Shown here piece after piece: positions 36,254 through 46,960 of a DNA stretch of 64,000 nucleotides. The stretch comes from Octopus vulgaris (lineage: Eukaryota), in assembly GCA_951406725.2 (NCBI GenBank), contig OX597819.1:40610001-40674000 (forward strand), given 5' to 3'. Position numbers and translations under genes: made by a program. Positions within the stretch are counted from its first letter, which is position 1. Every line of letters starts with the position of its first letter. The notes under the pieces were generated by a model. The model ran no database searches. It had not been told where the DNA came from and saw only the letters and a program-made list of their open reading frames with translations.

Positions 36254-38229
36254 TGTCCCAATTTAAGCATAAAAGATGCATACTGAGTGAAATGATTTTG
36301 GGTAGTTAAAAGATTACTGATATCAAGGAAACAGCAATTAGGCAGATGACCGGTGGTGGTGTTTTGAGGAGGAAATTGGGCAAAGGGTCCAGTTGTGCAT
36401 ACATGTGCTCACACTGTGCTTCTAGAACTTAGTTTTGCTGAATTTGGTGGGTCTTCTTGAGAACCACATATCACCAGTCACTGGTCCCTTGTCATCTCTA
36501 TATGGTTGAGAATCCTGAAATCAGGCTTCACCACTTCATCACTTATATATCTTCCTAGGACAGACAAAGGTATTAAGTTGATTACATCGACCCCAGTGCA
36601 TAGCTGGTACTTAATTTATCGACCCTGGAAGGATGAAAGGCGCGCAGAGTAAAGTCCATTATTGTATCAGAATAGGCTTCATAGACTCGCAACTTTTCAA
36701 TACTATGCCAAAAAGCCTCAGATGTAGATATGGATGTGTTCAAAGACAAATTAAACAAATTTCTATCTGATAGAGCTGATAAATCCCCATCACACATCAC
36801 AGCAAGAAACGCAAAGAAGAACAGCCCTGATCAACTCATTTCTTCACCAGGACCAATTCTGAAAACAGGACTGGGAAGTGAGTCTAAAATAAACAAACAT
36901 TAGCACTAATGGCAGTGCCCCAGCATGGTCACAACCTCTGGCTGAAACTGATAATAGCGCAATAGAATTTTTACAAAGCCTCCTAAATGTAAATGAAATT
37001 ACAATATAAGAAGACTATTTGAAATTCATGAATCTTTCAGTTGTTCTACAGTCAAGATTGGATTTAAACAATGGGTGGTCTGAGGCACTTCAAGTTCGGT
37101 GGGCCCCTTATATGGAAGAATTAAAGTCTTGGAAAATTACCAAATTTAAATCTCAGTGTAATTGAATTTGATGAGTTATTTTAAATAAACAACTGAAAAT
37201 GTCACTTTATAAGATACACTTTTAAAAATTCAAATTTTGTTTTTCACATATCCACTTGTGGTGTTTGACTTTTCCTTTATTGTGAAAAGTATAATGAAGG
37301 AAGAAGAGTTGCTAAAATTTTTCAAATGTTTCTGAATGTAGAATATGATTAAATGACAGAATATTACAAAAAAGAATGAAAGTCATTTTAGTGGTTGTTG
37401 CTGTTCCAAAGGCACAATGCATGTGTGTGTGAGGGGGTGGAGAAACCAACATTTAAAAGACATGAATTTTTAAAGATTTTTTTTCAAAAGTCTTCCCTTC
37501 ATTGTTTTGTAATGCACAAAAGAAGAGGAAAATCCCGATAGAAACAGAAATTCAAACTTATATGGGACAGCTATTTCCATAAAAGTCTGCTTTTTTCAGT
37601 TTCTAGTAGGAGTGGTTGGGGGTGCACAATGAGTAATATTTCCTGCAGTTTTGACTTTGAAAACAAATATATTTTTTTATGAATGTTCACTAACTTACAA
37701 AAAAAAAAAAATATCAGCTAAGCAAATTGACCTTCTCTAAATTCAGTAAAAGCACTCTAACATATCCAAAACACTATTTCAGAAAATTAATTACTCTCTG
37801 AGCATATAAAAGACAAAATGAGTAAGACAAGATAAGGTAAATTAGCATCTTCATTTCTCAGGAATTACATTTGAAAAAGATTTATACACATCTGTATCCA
37901 TCCTTAGACATCAGAAATGCAAAAAAAGTGTAAAATATCTTGATCAAATGAAAGAGAAACAAAGAAAAATGGCACATAATATGAAATTAATGAAACTTCA
38001 CTAAATCTTAAAACTCAACATAAAATATTTACTATATCTTCTTCATGATCTGCTGGAGTGGCTTTCTTCCATATATATTTATGCACAATGTAATTAAAGA
38101 GAGGAAATTATTGAAATTAGATATTACTCATTTTATCCCATTTTAGATATCATTTTTTGATACTTGAAAACTATCAAATTGGAATTAGTGTGGGTAAAAA
38201 TTGATGTGGAATCCAAGTGAGAAAAGAAT

Positions 38230-38818
38230 TATCATCATCATCGTTTTACGTCCGTTTTCTATGCTAGCATGGGTTGGAAAATTTTGACTAAGGGCTGGCG
38301 AACAAGATGGCTGCACCAGGCTCCAATCTTGATTTGGCAGAGTTTCTACAACTGGATGCTCTTCCTAATGCCAACCACTCTGAGAGTGTAGTGGGTGCTT
38401 TTTACGTGCCACCGGCACGGGGGCCACTCAGGCGGTACTGGCAACGACCTTGCTCGAATCCTTTTACACATGCCACGAGCACAGGTGCCAGTAAGGCGAC
38501 GTTGGTAACGATCACGCTCAAATGGTGCCCCTTTATGTACCACTGGCACGGAAACCAGTTGGTTGCTCTGGCAATGATCATGCTTGGATGGTGCTCTTGG
38601 CACCCTACTAGCACAGGCACAAGTGCCAGTAAGGTGACGCTGATAACAATCACACTCCAATGGTGCCCTTTAAGTGTCACTGGCATAGAAGCTGCTTAAG
38701 CCGCTCTGTCAATGATCATGTATGGTGCTCTTTGCACCCTGCTAGCACGGATGCCAGTCATCGAATTTGATTTTGATTTCGATTTTGCTTTTGATTGATT
38801 GATTTCACTTGCCTCAAC
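38230..38818 (-). mobile_element. RTE-family 3'UTR copy with expanded subrepeats
   Basis: (CAT)n tail and multiple tggtgc.../ggcac units. Confidence 0.82.
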
Positions 38819-39211
38819 CACCAAAAATTATCCAGATATTCTATTAACAACTTCAGTTACAGTCAACTCAAAGTCGACACAAAACTTCTTGGAAAAGAGT
38901 ATCTGTCATCTTATTATGTTTCAAACTCTCACAACTTCAACAACTATACTGACCAATTTTTACTCCCAAAGATGAGGCAATGGTATGGAATTGGCATGCA
39001 ATATTTGCAATGTAATGGTTTCAAACAGATAGGGCAAAAATGACAAGAAATTGGAAATTACTCATTTTGTCCCACTTTCCTATTTCAAGTATTTGACAGA
39101 ATGATGAAAAATAGAAAAAAGAAAGTAAAAGGTTTGATTTAATGAAAAACATTTGAACATATATGCAATAATTTCTAAAGCTAAAACAGATACCATCACC
39201 ACCACCACCAC

Positions 39212-39537
39212 CATCATCATTATTTAACGCCCGCTTTCCATGCTGGCATGGGTTAAACGGTTTGACTGGGGACTGGTGAGCCAGAAGGCTGCTCCAGGCT
39301 CCAATCTGATCCGGCAGAGTTTCTACAGCTAGATGCCCTTCCTAACACCAACCACTCTGAGAATGTAGTGAGTGCTTTTACGTTCCACCGGCATGTGGGC
39401 CAGTCAGGCGGTACTGGCAATGACCATGCTCAAATGGTGTTTTTATGTGTAACCTGCACAGGAGCCAGTCCAGCAGCACTGGTAACACCCTCGCTCGAAT
39501 GTTGTTTTTCACATACCACCATCACAAGTGCCAGTAA
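39212..39537 (-). mobile_element. RTE-family 3'UTR copy abutting the start of duplication copy B
   Basis: Family body ends at ...caagtgccagtaag, directly joined to aataaaagtagtatttgc. Confidence 0.82.
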
Positions 39538-40582
39538 GAATAAAAGTAGTATTTGCATAATTCACAGAATGTTTGTGACAGGAGTCATGCCAAAAGTGCT
39601 TATGCTGTGATTTTGTGTTTTGTTTATATACATATTGGTACAATGAAAATTGAAGTGTCCATCAATATATTTTCTGATCTCTGATATACAGTAGTTTACA
39701 GATGCACATACACATGTGTGGCTTCAGCAAAATTTCCACTCTCCAAATTGCACTGTTTTAGTCAACATATGTTTTATGAATGGTATTTGGTTTAGTGGTA
39801 ATTTACTGAATCTTGTTCTCTGTGTTTGTCTAAAAATTGCTGTATCCTGGAACTTCTGGAAAATTTACCTGAATGATTGTGGTTAAGCCTTAGGGCTGTG
39901 ATGAGGTTAACCAATGAATATCAACATACATGTTTCAAGAATTGCTTTTCCTTGGTGGTGTTACAATAACTTTTGTATTCTTTGCAGTTTATTTCTGGTG
40001 AAGTCTACGAAGTAGATGAGAAAATGCTCAAGCAACTTGATGAGTTTGAACTACATCCAGATGTCTACAAACGTGAAAAGATATCAGTTATTTCCAACAA
40101 CAATAGTTTTATGTCCTGGTGCTATATTCTTCAGAGGCCTCAGCCTAAACTTCTAGACCTAAAATTACTTGATAATTACAACAACGATAACTGTGCTGAA
40201 GAGGATAAATATAATGGGGATACTGAAGAGGATACTTTTTATCCATCTGAAGTAATGGAAAGTTAACTTTCAACTCTAATGTTAACTCTTACATACATAT
40301 AAGAGTAACCATACATTTATATAAAATTATGTTTTAATTTGATTTTATAAGAATTAAAGATAAATTAAATATATTTTACCACTTTTATTGATGTCTCAGT
40401 TATATATAATTTTATTTTTTAATGGCTTAGTCTAAGAGGAAAGACTAAGGTTTTTGACTTTTTATGGAACTGTAAGACTAGCAGGAGGAAGGGAGAAGTT
40501 ATTTTCAAGCCATAGATTTGTTCAGAATGCTTTCAATAGAGTGAACTTGGCTGAAGACATGTAAGGACCAGGTGGTGGTGTT
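39537..40582 (+). repeat. Local duplication, copy B
   Basis: Aligns to 33379-34465. Confidence 0.93.
39988..40266 (+). CDS. GGACT: GGACT-like alternative terminal exon 2b (92 aa plus stop)
   Basis: Intact acceptor tattctttgcag|TTT with the same length and phase as 2a, no stop or frameshift. LDEFE catalytic motif retained; ATTAAA at 40353 and 40364. Expression is not shown. Confidence 0.8.
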   Translation, partial: FISGEVYEVDEKMLKQLDEFELHPDVYKREKISVISNNNSFMSWCYILQRPQPKLLDLKLLDNYNNDNCAEEDKYNGDTEEDTFYPSEVMES

Positions 40583-43500
40583 ATTCATTGGGACCAAATC
40601 CAGAACCACTCAGTTGCAAAGCAAACTTGTTAACCCCACAGCTATACCTGCACTCATTAACAACCATTAATTACAAGAGTATTTAGTGTGTTAATTTTGC
40701 ATTAATATTTCATTGAAACATGAGCATTTTTTTTTGATAAATCAGAGATTCTGGCCATTTAAATATAGTTTTATGTGGATAAAAAAGAGAGTCAGAGATT
40801 TGAGTCTTTATATTTCCATCCAGATCATATTTTGGCATTTGTGAAGAAGATACTTGAATCTGTTAATGCTAGCCTTCAAAGAACATACAGCTACATTAGC
40901 ACCAGTCTGTTGAAATTGTATTCTATCTTAAGTCATTAGCCTAATTATCATCATCATCACTGTTATTTAACATCCATGTTCCATGCTTGCATGGGTTGGA
41001 TGGTTTGACAAGATCCAGGGTTTTGAAGACTGCTTTATGCTTCACGGTCTACTTTGGTATGGTTTCACTTAGTGGATACCCTGCGTATTGCCAACCACTT
41101 TATAGTGCATACTAAATGCTAAAACTGTTCTGTTTGTGCTACCAGCATTAGTGCGGTCACCACGCAGCTTGGAAAACTATGAAAGGCAGCTTTATGCTTA
41201 GAGAAGAGGAGCCAGAACGGAACAGGTTTTTTGCTGTAAAGAAGCTAGTTTAATGTAAATGAAATTACAGTCTAAGAAGACTATTTGAAATCTATGAATG
41301 TTTCAGTTGTCTTACAGTTTCTAGATTTAATCATTCCATGAAGACATTTATATTTCAAGGACTCAAAATTATGTGAAAGTACAGATGCAAGTACAAGTCA
41401 ACACTTCCATATTCTTTTGGCAATCCTTACTACATTTGTATTCTTTGGAAAACTGCAATTTTCACTGTTTCAAAAAAATTGTGCCAGAGGCTTTCTGGGA
41501 AAATATTCTTCAAGATTCTTTGTATTCCACACATTTATTATTATGCAGGGTAATTAATAGTGCCCCTTCCTCAAGATTCTTGGTTGCAGTTATAGATTAA
41601 AGTGTGGATGATCACATACTATCATATCTTACTGAATCTAGCCTTGGTCATTTTCCTCAAAAGAATTTTTCTTTTTACAGTGAAGAAGAATTAAAAAATT
41701 GAATTGTGTTTATGTTCATTATTTCTTTGGAAGGAATCAATCAACTGTCTCAATACAAAATATGCCTCTTTGTTATATTGCTACATGTAAAAGGATTTTG
41801 ATCTTTCATCATCCAAAACGTTCCATTCAGAGTAAGTCTGGGTCATACTCTGAGTGAGATTAGCTGCAACAAGAACTTGTACCTCTGTAATCAGACCGTG
41901 AGAATGTCACACTGGGTCTGATTGAAATGTACCTATTAGGAAAATAAAAAAATACTGAAAATAAAATAATTAAAGGATGTAAAAGGGTTCTTTTAATTAT
42001 TCCCAATGTTTCTAACATCACAAATGAGTGAAGATGGTTGGATGCATTAAGAAAAAGAAATGTATTAGAATTTGGCCAACTTAATCCTTTAGCAGAGCTG
42101 GGAAGGGAGATAACTCAAAACCTTGCTACTTTATTAGGCTGCATTTATCTTTCTTGCTTGACTAAAGAAAAATATTTGTTAACCCGATGGGTGGTTGGGT
42201 GAAAAATTAGCGAAACCTAAGCATCAGAAATGAGTAGTGACAATAGACGCTGATAGAGTCGTGAGGACAAAGCATGACTGCAAACAAAATTCCTTCTTTA
42301 ACTGCTTCTACCACCAAAAAGCCACCACAATTCGTCATCCGGCTAATTCTATTTTGATAACCTGTCAGAAAAATATGAACGTCGACACTAGCTAAGCACT
42401 CCAGTGTATCAAAAGTCATCACCACACAGAAAATTCTTTACATGATATTGTGAAATAAACTCATTTTCTTTTCTTTTCTTCATTTTTTGCTCTACAAGAC
42501 CGTCGCGTCTGGGTTTTCTTTTTAATGTTTATAAATATGTGAAGAACTGATTTCGACTCGTTTACTTCGTCAGCTCTAGCTCTCTATCCTAAAATTACAG
42601 TATCAAACCATGAATTTCGATCAGAATAACATTCGTGGTGATTGTTTTAATATGAGCGTTATTAATAATGCAATATTTGTATTAACTATAATCGTAACAT
42701 ATATGACAGCATTTTATTATTATAAAATGAACAGATCTTTTCTGTTGCCGTCACAGTTTTTGAAATTTTAAAATTTAGTGAAAATTTTCAAATTTGGTAT
42801 GTTGATGTAATTTTTCACGCCGAATCTGATTTTATTATTCACTTGTGTCTGAAAAAAATTAGTAAAATGTTAGAGATTTAAAGCTTGATCATTTTTACCT
42901 AATTAGAAAACAGGACTTGGAAGCTAGCATTTTATGCGTGGTAGCTGTCTATGACAACATTACGACGATAAACTTGTATGAAGTTTTGAAAGTTTAATGA
43001 ATAAAATCATGTCAAATATTGGAACAGGCATGTGTACAATACAAAAAGGGAAAAAAATCCTCAATGAATTCTTTTTGTACATAATTTTCTCTTGCAAGTA
43101 AGAAACCGCATCCTCTTCAGTTTTCAATTTCTCCAACGTATTCGAAAGGCTAAACGAGTTGGTTGCAGACATACCTCTATTTAGGTTGAAAAGGTCCAGG
43201 AAAACACGGTTCGAAATTATGAAAATGAGATAGTGACACGACAGCAACCGAAAACATCTGTTCGTTTCTCAAAAAAAAAAAAAAAAAATCCATCGGAAAA
43301 TGACAAAAATGAGGTACAACAAGCATTTAGAAAATAAGCAGACTATACGGTTGAAGTCTCTGGTTTGAAGATATTTTTCTTCTTCCCACCATTCTCTAAA
43401 ATGCTATGTGTACTGCTTTTTATTTATTTGTATTATTGCAAAAATGAATTTCATTCCTGTAATTAGCATATAAAAACTACATTAGTACATCAAATTTGAA

Positions 43501-43699
43501 AACAATTAGAACAAGATTAAAAGAATTGAAAGCTGTAACAGCATCAGAAAAGAAGCAAATGAACAATTGAGTAACAGCAGTTAAAGATATTTTATCGGGC
43601 AAATTTAGTTTGTAGACTTAATTCGCCTAGTTTAACAATCATCTGGCACCTTGAGTGTTCTCAGCAGTGTCAACGCAAGCATTCGGTTGAGGTCTCTGG

Positions 43700-44099
43700 G
43701 GATCTTTTCGGTTTGAATGGCAGTTTTTAAAAATAATTTCCACGTAACTAAACACTTTTAATCTTCGTATACTGATAGAATGTGTTTAGAAAACATCTTT
43801 TTCTCTTGGCTTTATTGAGAAAATTCTACAGATTGTAAGATATTTGTTGTTGTTTTTCTGCAATTTCAACCAATCAATGACGTCTATTCTGTGCCGTATG
43901 AATATATCCCTCATTTAAGAAACAGATTGGGTTTATTTACATTTGTGAAGAAAAAAAATATACCCTTCCCCCTACCCTTACCCCTAACCCTAACTCTAAA
44001 ACAGATTGAAATGCAATAGATCGATACTAGGGTCATAATTATGGGTGACAATTTCATATGACACCACTAGAAAAACTGCCGTTCAAACTGAAAAGATCC
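43700..44099 (-). mobile_element. ~400-bp TIR element (GGATCTTTTCGGTTTGAACGGCAG family)
   Basis: Terminal inverted repeats and an internal (ccctaa)-like tract; opposite orientation to copies at 45596, 52852 and 54120. Confidence 0.88.
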
Positions 44100-44409
44100 T
44101 TTTTCGGACTAACATGAAAAAAAGGCTGTGAGAATAATTTCTATAATCCGTGGTGAGGTGGGGGTACAGTTAAAGCACGTGTGCGTGGATGCACACATGT
44201 ATACTCACACACACTCATACAAATGCACACACTCATATGTGTAATGCCATCGTATAAATTATTGTCATCGTATACATGTCAAGTGTTTGTCATTTAATAA
44301 ACTTATTTGATTAATTACTTTAAACAATAGCAATTATCCTGCTATCTCGGTGTAAAGCATGCTACTGATGAATAAGCTCCTATAGCTTCAACGCAGTCTT
44401 TAATTTAGG

Positions 44410-44785
44410 AATATGTTTACGTGCTTTCTCAAACACCATTGTGCAAAATGGGTGTTTGCTTAACTCTCTAAACTCCATTATCTCAACACCATATGACCCT
44501 GAACTCTATTGTCTAGAATAGGTGTCCGCCTAGTTCCCTAACCCTAACTGTGTTGAATGGATGTTGCCTAGCTCCTTAATCATCAATGACAAAAACTGAT
44601 GTTTGCCTAGTTCCCTAAACACCATCGACAGAATAGACATTTGTCTAGCTTCCTAAACACCATTACCTTGAATGAGTGTTTGCTTAGTAACCTAAGCACG
44701 ATTGTCAGAAAAGAGTTCTTGTCAGGTTCCAGAAACACCATTACCAAGAACGTGCCTAGCTCTTCAAACACCATTGTCAAGAATG
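44410..44785. repeat. Degenerate ~40-bp minisatellite (gtttgcctagttccctaaacaccatt-like units)
   Basis: Recurrent gcctag...aaacaccatt units. Confidence 0.65.
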
Positions 44786-45320
44786 AAATGCAATAGATCG
44801 ATACTAGGGTCATAATTATGGGTGACAATTTCATATGACATCGTTAGAAAAAACTGCCGTTCAAACCGAAAAGATCCTTTTTCGGACTAACAGATGAAAA
44901 AAAGGCTGTGAGAATAATTTCTATAATTAAAACCATTGTTAAGTAAGCAGCTTTAACTATCACATTTCCAATTCAGGAATATTACAACGCCAGTGCTTAT
45001 ACAATCTGCAGTGACAGCATCAAAGAAGCATGTGTGTGTGTGTGTGTGCGTGCGTATTTATATAGTATGCAGATATGGTTATAAGCACATCTGCATATTC
45101 TGGTTCTCCAAAGTTGTATGTAGATGTTGTAATTGCGTAATGCAGGCATAATAGTTGAAAAATGCTGGAAAATAGTATTTGCCGAGTTATTACATATCAA
45201 AACAGGGGGTTGAGGAAAAAAATATTGGTATTATTTATTCACAATCACACGTGTTTCATTTGCTAATAGGCGTTACAAAACTGTACTTCAGATAAAGAGT
45301 TTTGTTACGCACACACACAC

Positions 45321-45531
45321 ACGAGGGGGTACTGAAAAGTTTTTGACTTTAAGGGTGTCACGAAGGTTCTGGTTGGAGGCCCAACCTTCCGAGTTATTTT
45401 ACAGGGGTTAGAAAAACTGAAGGAATGTTGTGTGAATCTGAGAGGGGAATATGTTGAATAAAATCATAATTAACTGATCTTCCTGTATTTTCTTTTACCC
45501 AAAGCCAGGAACTTTTCAGACAATCCCTCGT
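45321..45531. mobile_element. Mariner-type MITE (~210 bp)
   Basis: acgagggggtactgaaaagtt / aacttttcagacaatccctcgt inverted termini. Confidence 0.7.
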
Positions 45532-45595
45532 GCGCGCGCGCGCGTGTGTAGCGATTTGCTAAATCGTCAAGAGATTTTTATGGTGGATACATATG

Positions 45596-45974
45596 GGATC
45601 TTTTCGGTTTGAACGGCAATTTTTTCTAGCGGTGTCATGTGACATTGTCACCCATAATTACGACCCTAGTATCGATCTATTGCATTTCAATCTGATTTAG
45701 GGTTAGGGGTGGGGGAAGGGTATCTATTTTTTCTTCACAAATGTAAATAAACCCAATCTGTTTCTTAAATGAGGGACATATTCATACGGCACAGAATGTT
45801 TTCATCTCAATAGACGGTCATTGATTGGTTGAAATTGCAGAAAATGAAGAAAAAACCCCCAAATATCTTACAAACTATAGAATTTTCTCAATAAAGCCAA
45901 GAGAAAAATATGTTTTATAAACATATTCTACCAGTATACGAAGTTTAAAAGTGTTTAGTTACCTAGAAATTATG
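45596..45974 (+). mobile_element. GGATCTTTTC-family TIR element, right TIR missing
   Basis: Collinear with 52852-53261. Confidence 0.85.
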
Positions 45975-46449
45975 TGTTTTTGGGCTATTACAGTCCTTGT
46001 TAGTACATATGTGTACAATTATTTGATAGACAGATAGATGGACATATACATACAATTTAATTAGTATAAGAAATATATGTGAGCTACTTCAAAGTTCATG
46101 CTTGGATAGTGCAGTAATTGGACAGGTTCGTGTAGCATACTATGCACGATCTGGCAATCGTTTAGGTTCAGATGATATAGATACCTCCTTCGGGAGAAGA
46201 AAGAAAAAGATGAAGAAAAATTATGAGGAAAAAAAGTCGTTAAGAAACTTTTTAAGGGAAAGGGAAGATGATGGTTATGTTCACTTAGCCAGTTAAATGA
46301 AGAATATTGTTAATGTTGAGTATTTACATCTAAAAAGATTATGTCTAATAGGAATGTTCAAATGCATGAGTATTCCCATACATTTATAGCTAAAATGCAT
46401 GAAACTGAGTTTAATCTGGTGAGGTGGAGGAATATCTTCTATCTTGCTT

Positions 46450-46960
46450 TCAGAAACTTGGTTGAGATGCATACAACTTATAAAAATCTCTGATCTCGAG
46501 TTTAGCAGGCCGGGTGCAGTTCTTTGATTTAATTAAGACGTGTGTTATTTCAGCTTTACAACGCTTGCATTTTGTGTCTGTTAATGTTGTTATATCTCTA
46601 CAGTCTTCCTCTGGATGGTATGTAATGTACTGCAGTTCTTCAGGTCCCTGATATAGCTTGCTAGCTCTGTGCTTTTCCTTTTGTTTCCATACTTGAAAGA
46701 AGACTTTTTGAAGTCATTTTTGCACAATGCAAGTTTTTTTTCTTTTGCCAAAACAGAGGCAACTTCAGCCTCATAAACGACTGATCTACTCATGCATCCC
46801 TGGACTAGCGAGCACGTATCTGGGTTCCTATAGTTGTATTTTGGAGTGAGCATTTTGGTTAGCTTGCGTGAAATGATGCTTTTCATATTAGGACTGTAGT
46901 TGTAGTCTATGGAACGTTTATGGAAGATATGAAAATATCTTCCAAACATCTTCTTTTATG
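46450..46960 (-). mobile_element. Penelope-like element remnant (GIY-YIG endonuclease region)
   Basis: YSPNMKSII...C-L---C----VVYEAEV...SF------STELASYI-DLK, followed by LLNSRSEI---C-H. Confidence 0.7.

Noticed and set aside
39537-40582. Exon 2b as an uncollapsed allelic haplotype
   Set aside because: About 12% exon divergence, a non-homologous intron block and different TE insertions make allelism unlikely, though read depth is needed to exclude it fully.
42207-42425. 72-aa minus-strand ORF in non-repetitive DNA
   Set aside because: No recognisable motif and no consistent acceptor/donor pair; unsupported without transcript data.
43971-43998. Interstitial telomere
   Set aside because: Only a few degenerate (CCCTAA) units, internal to a dispersed TIR element.
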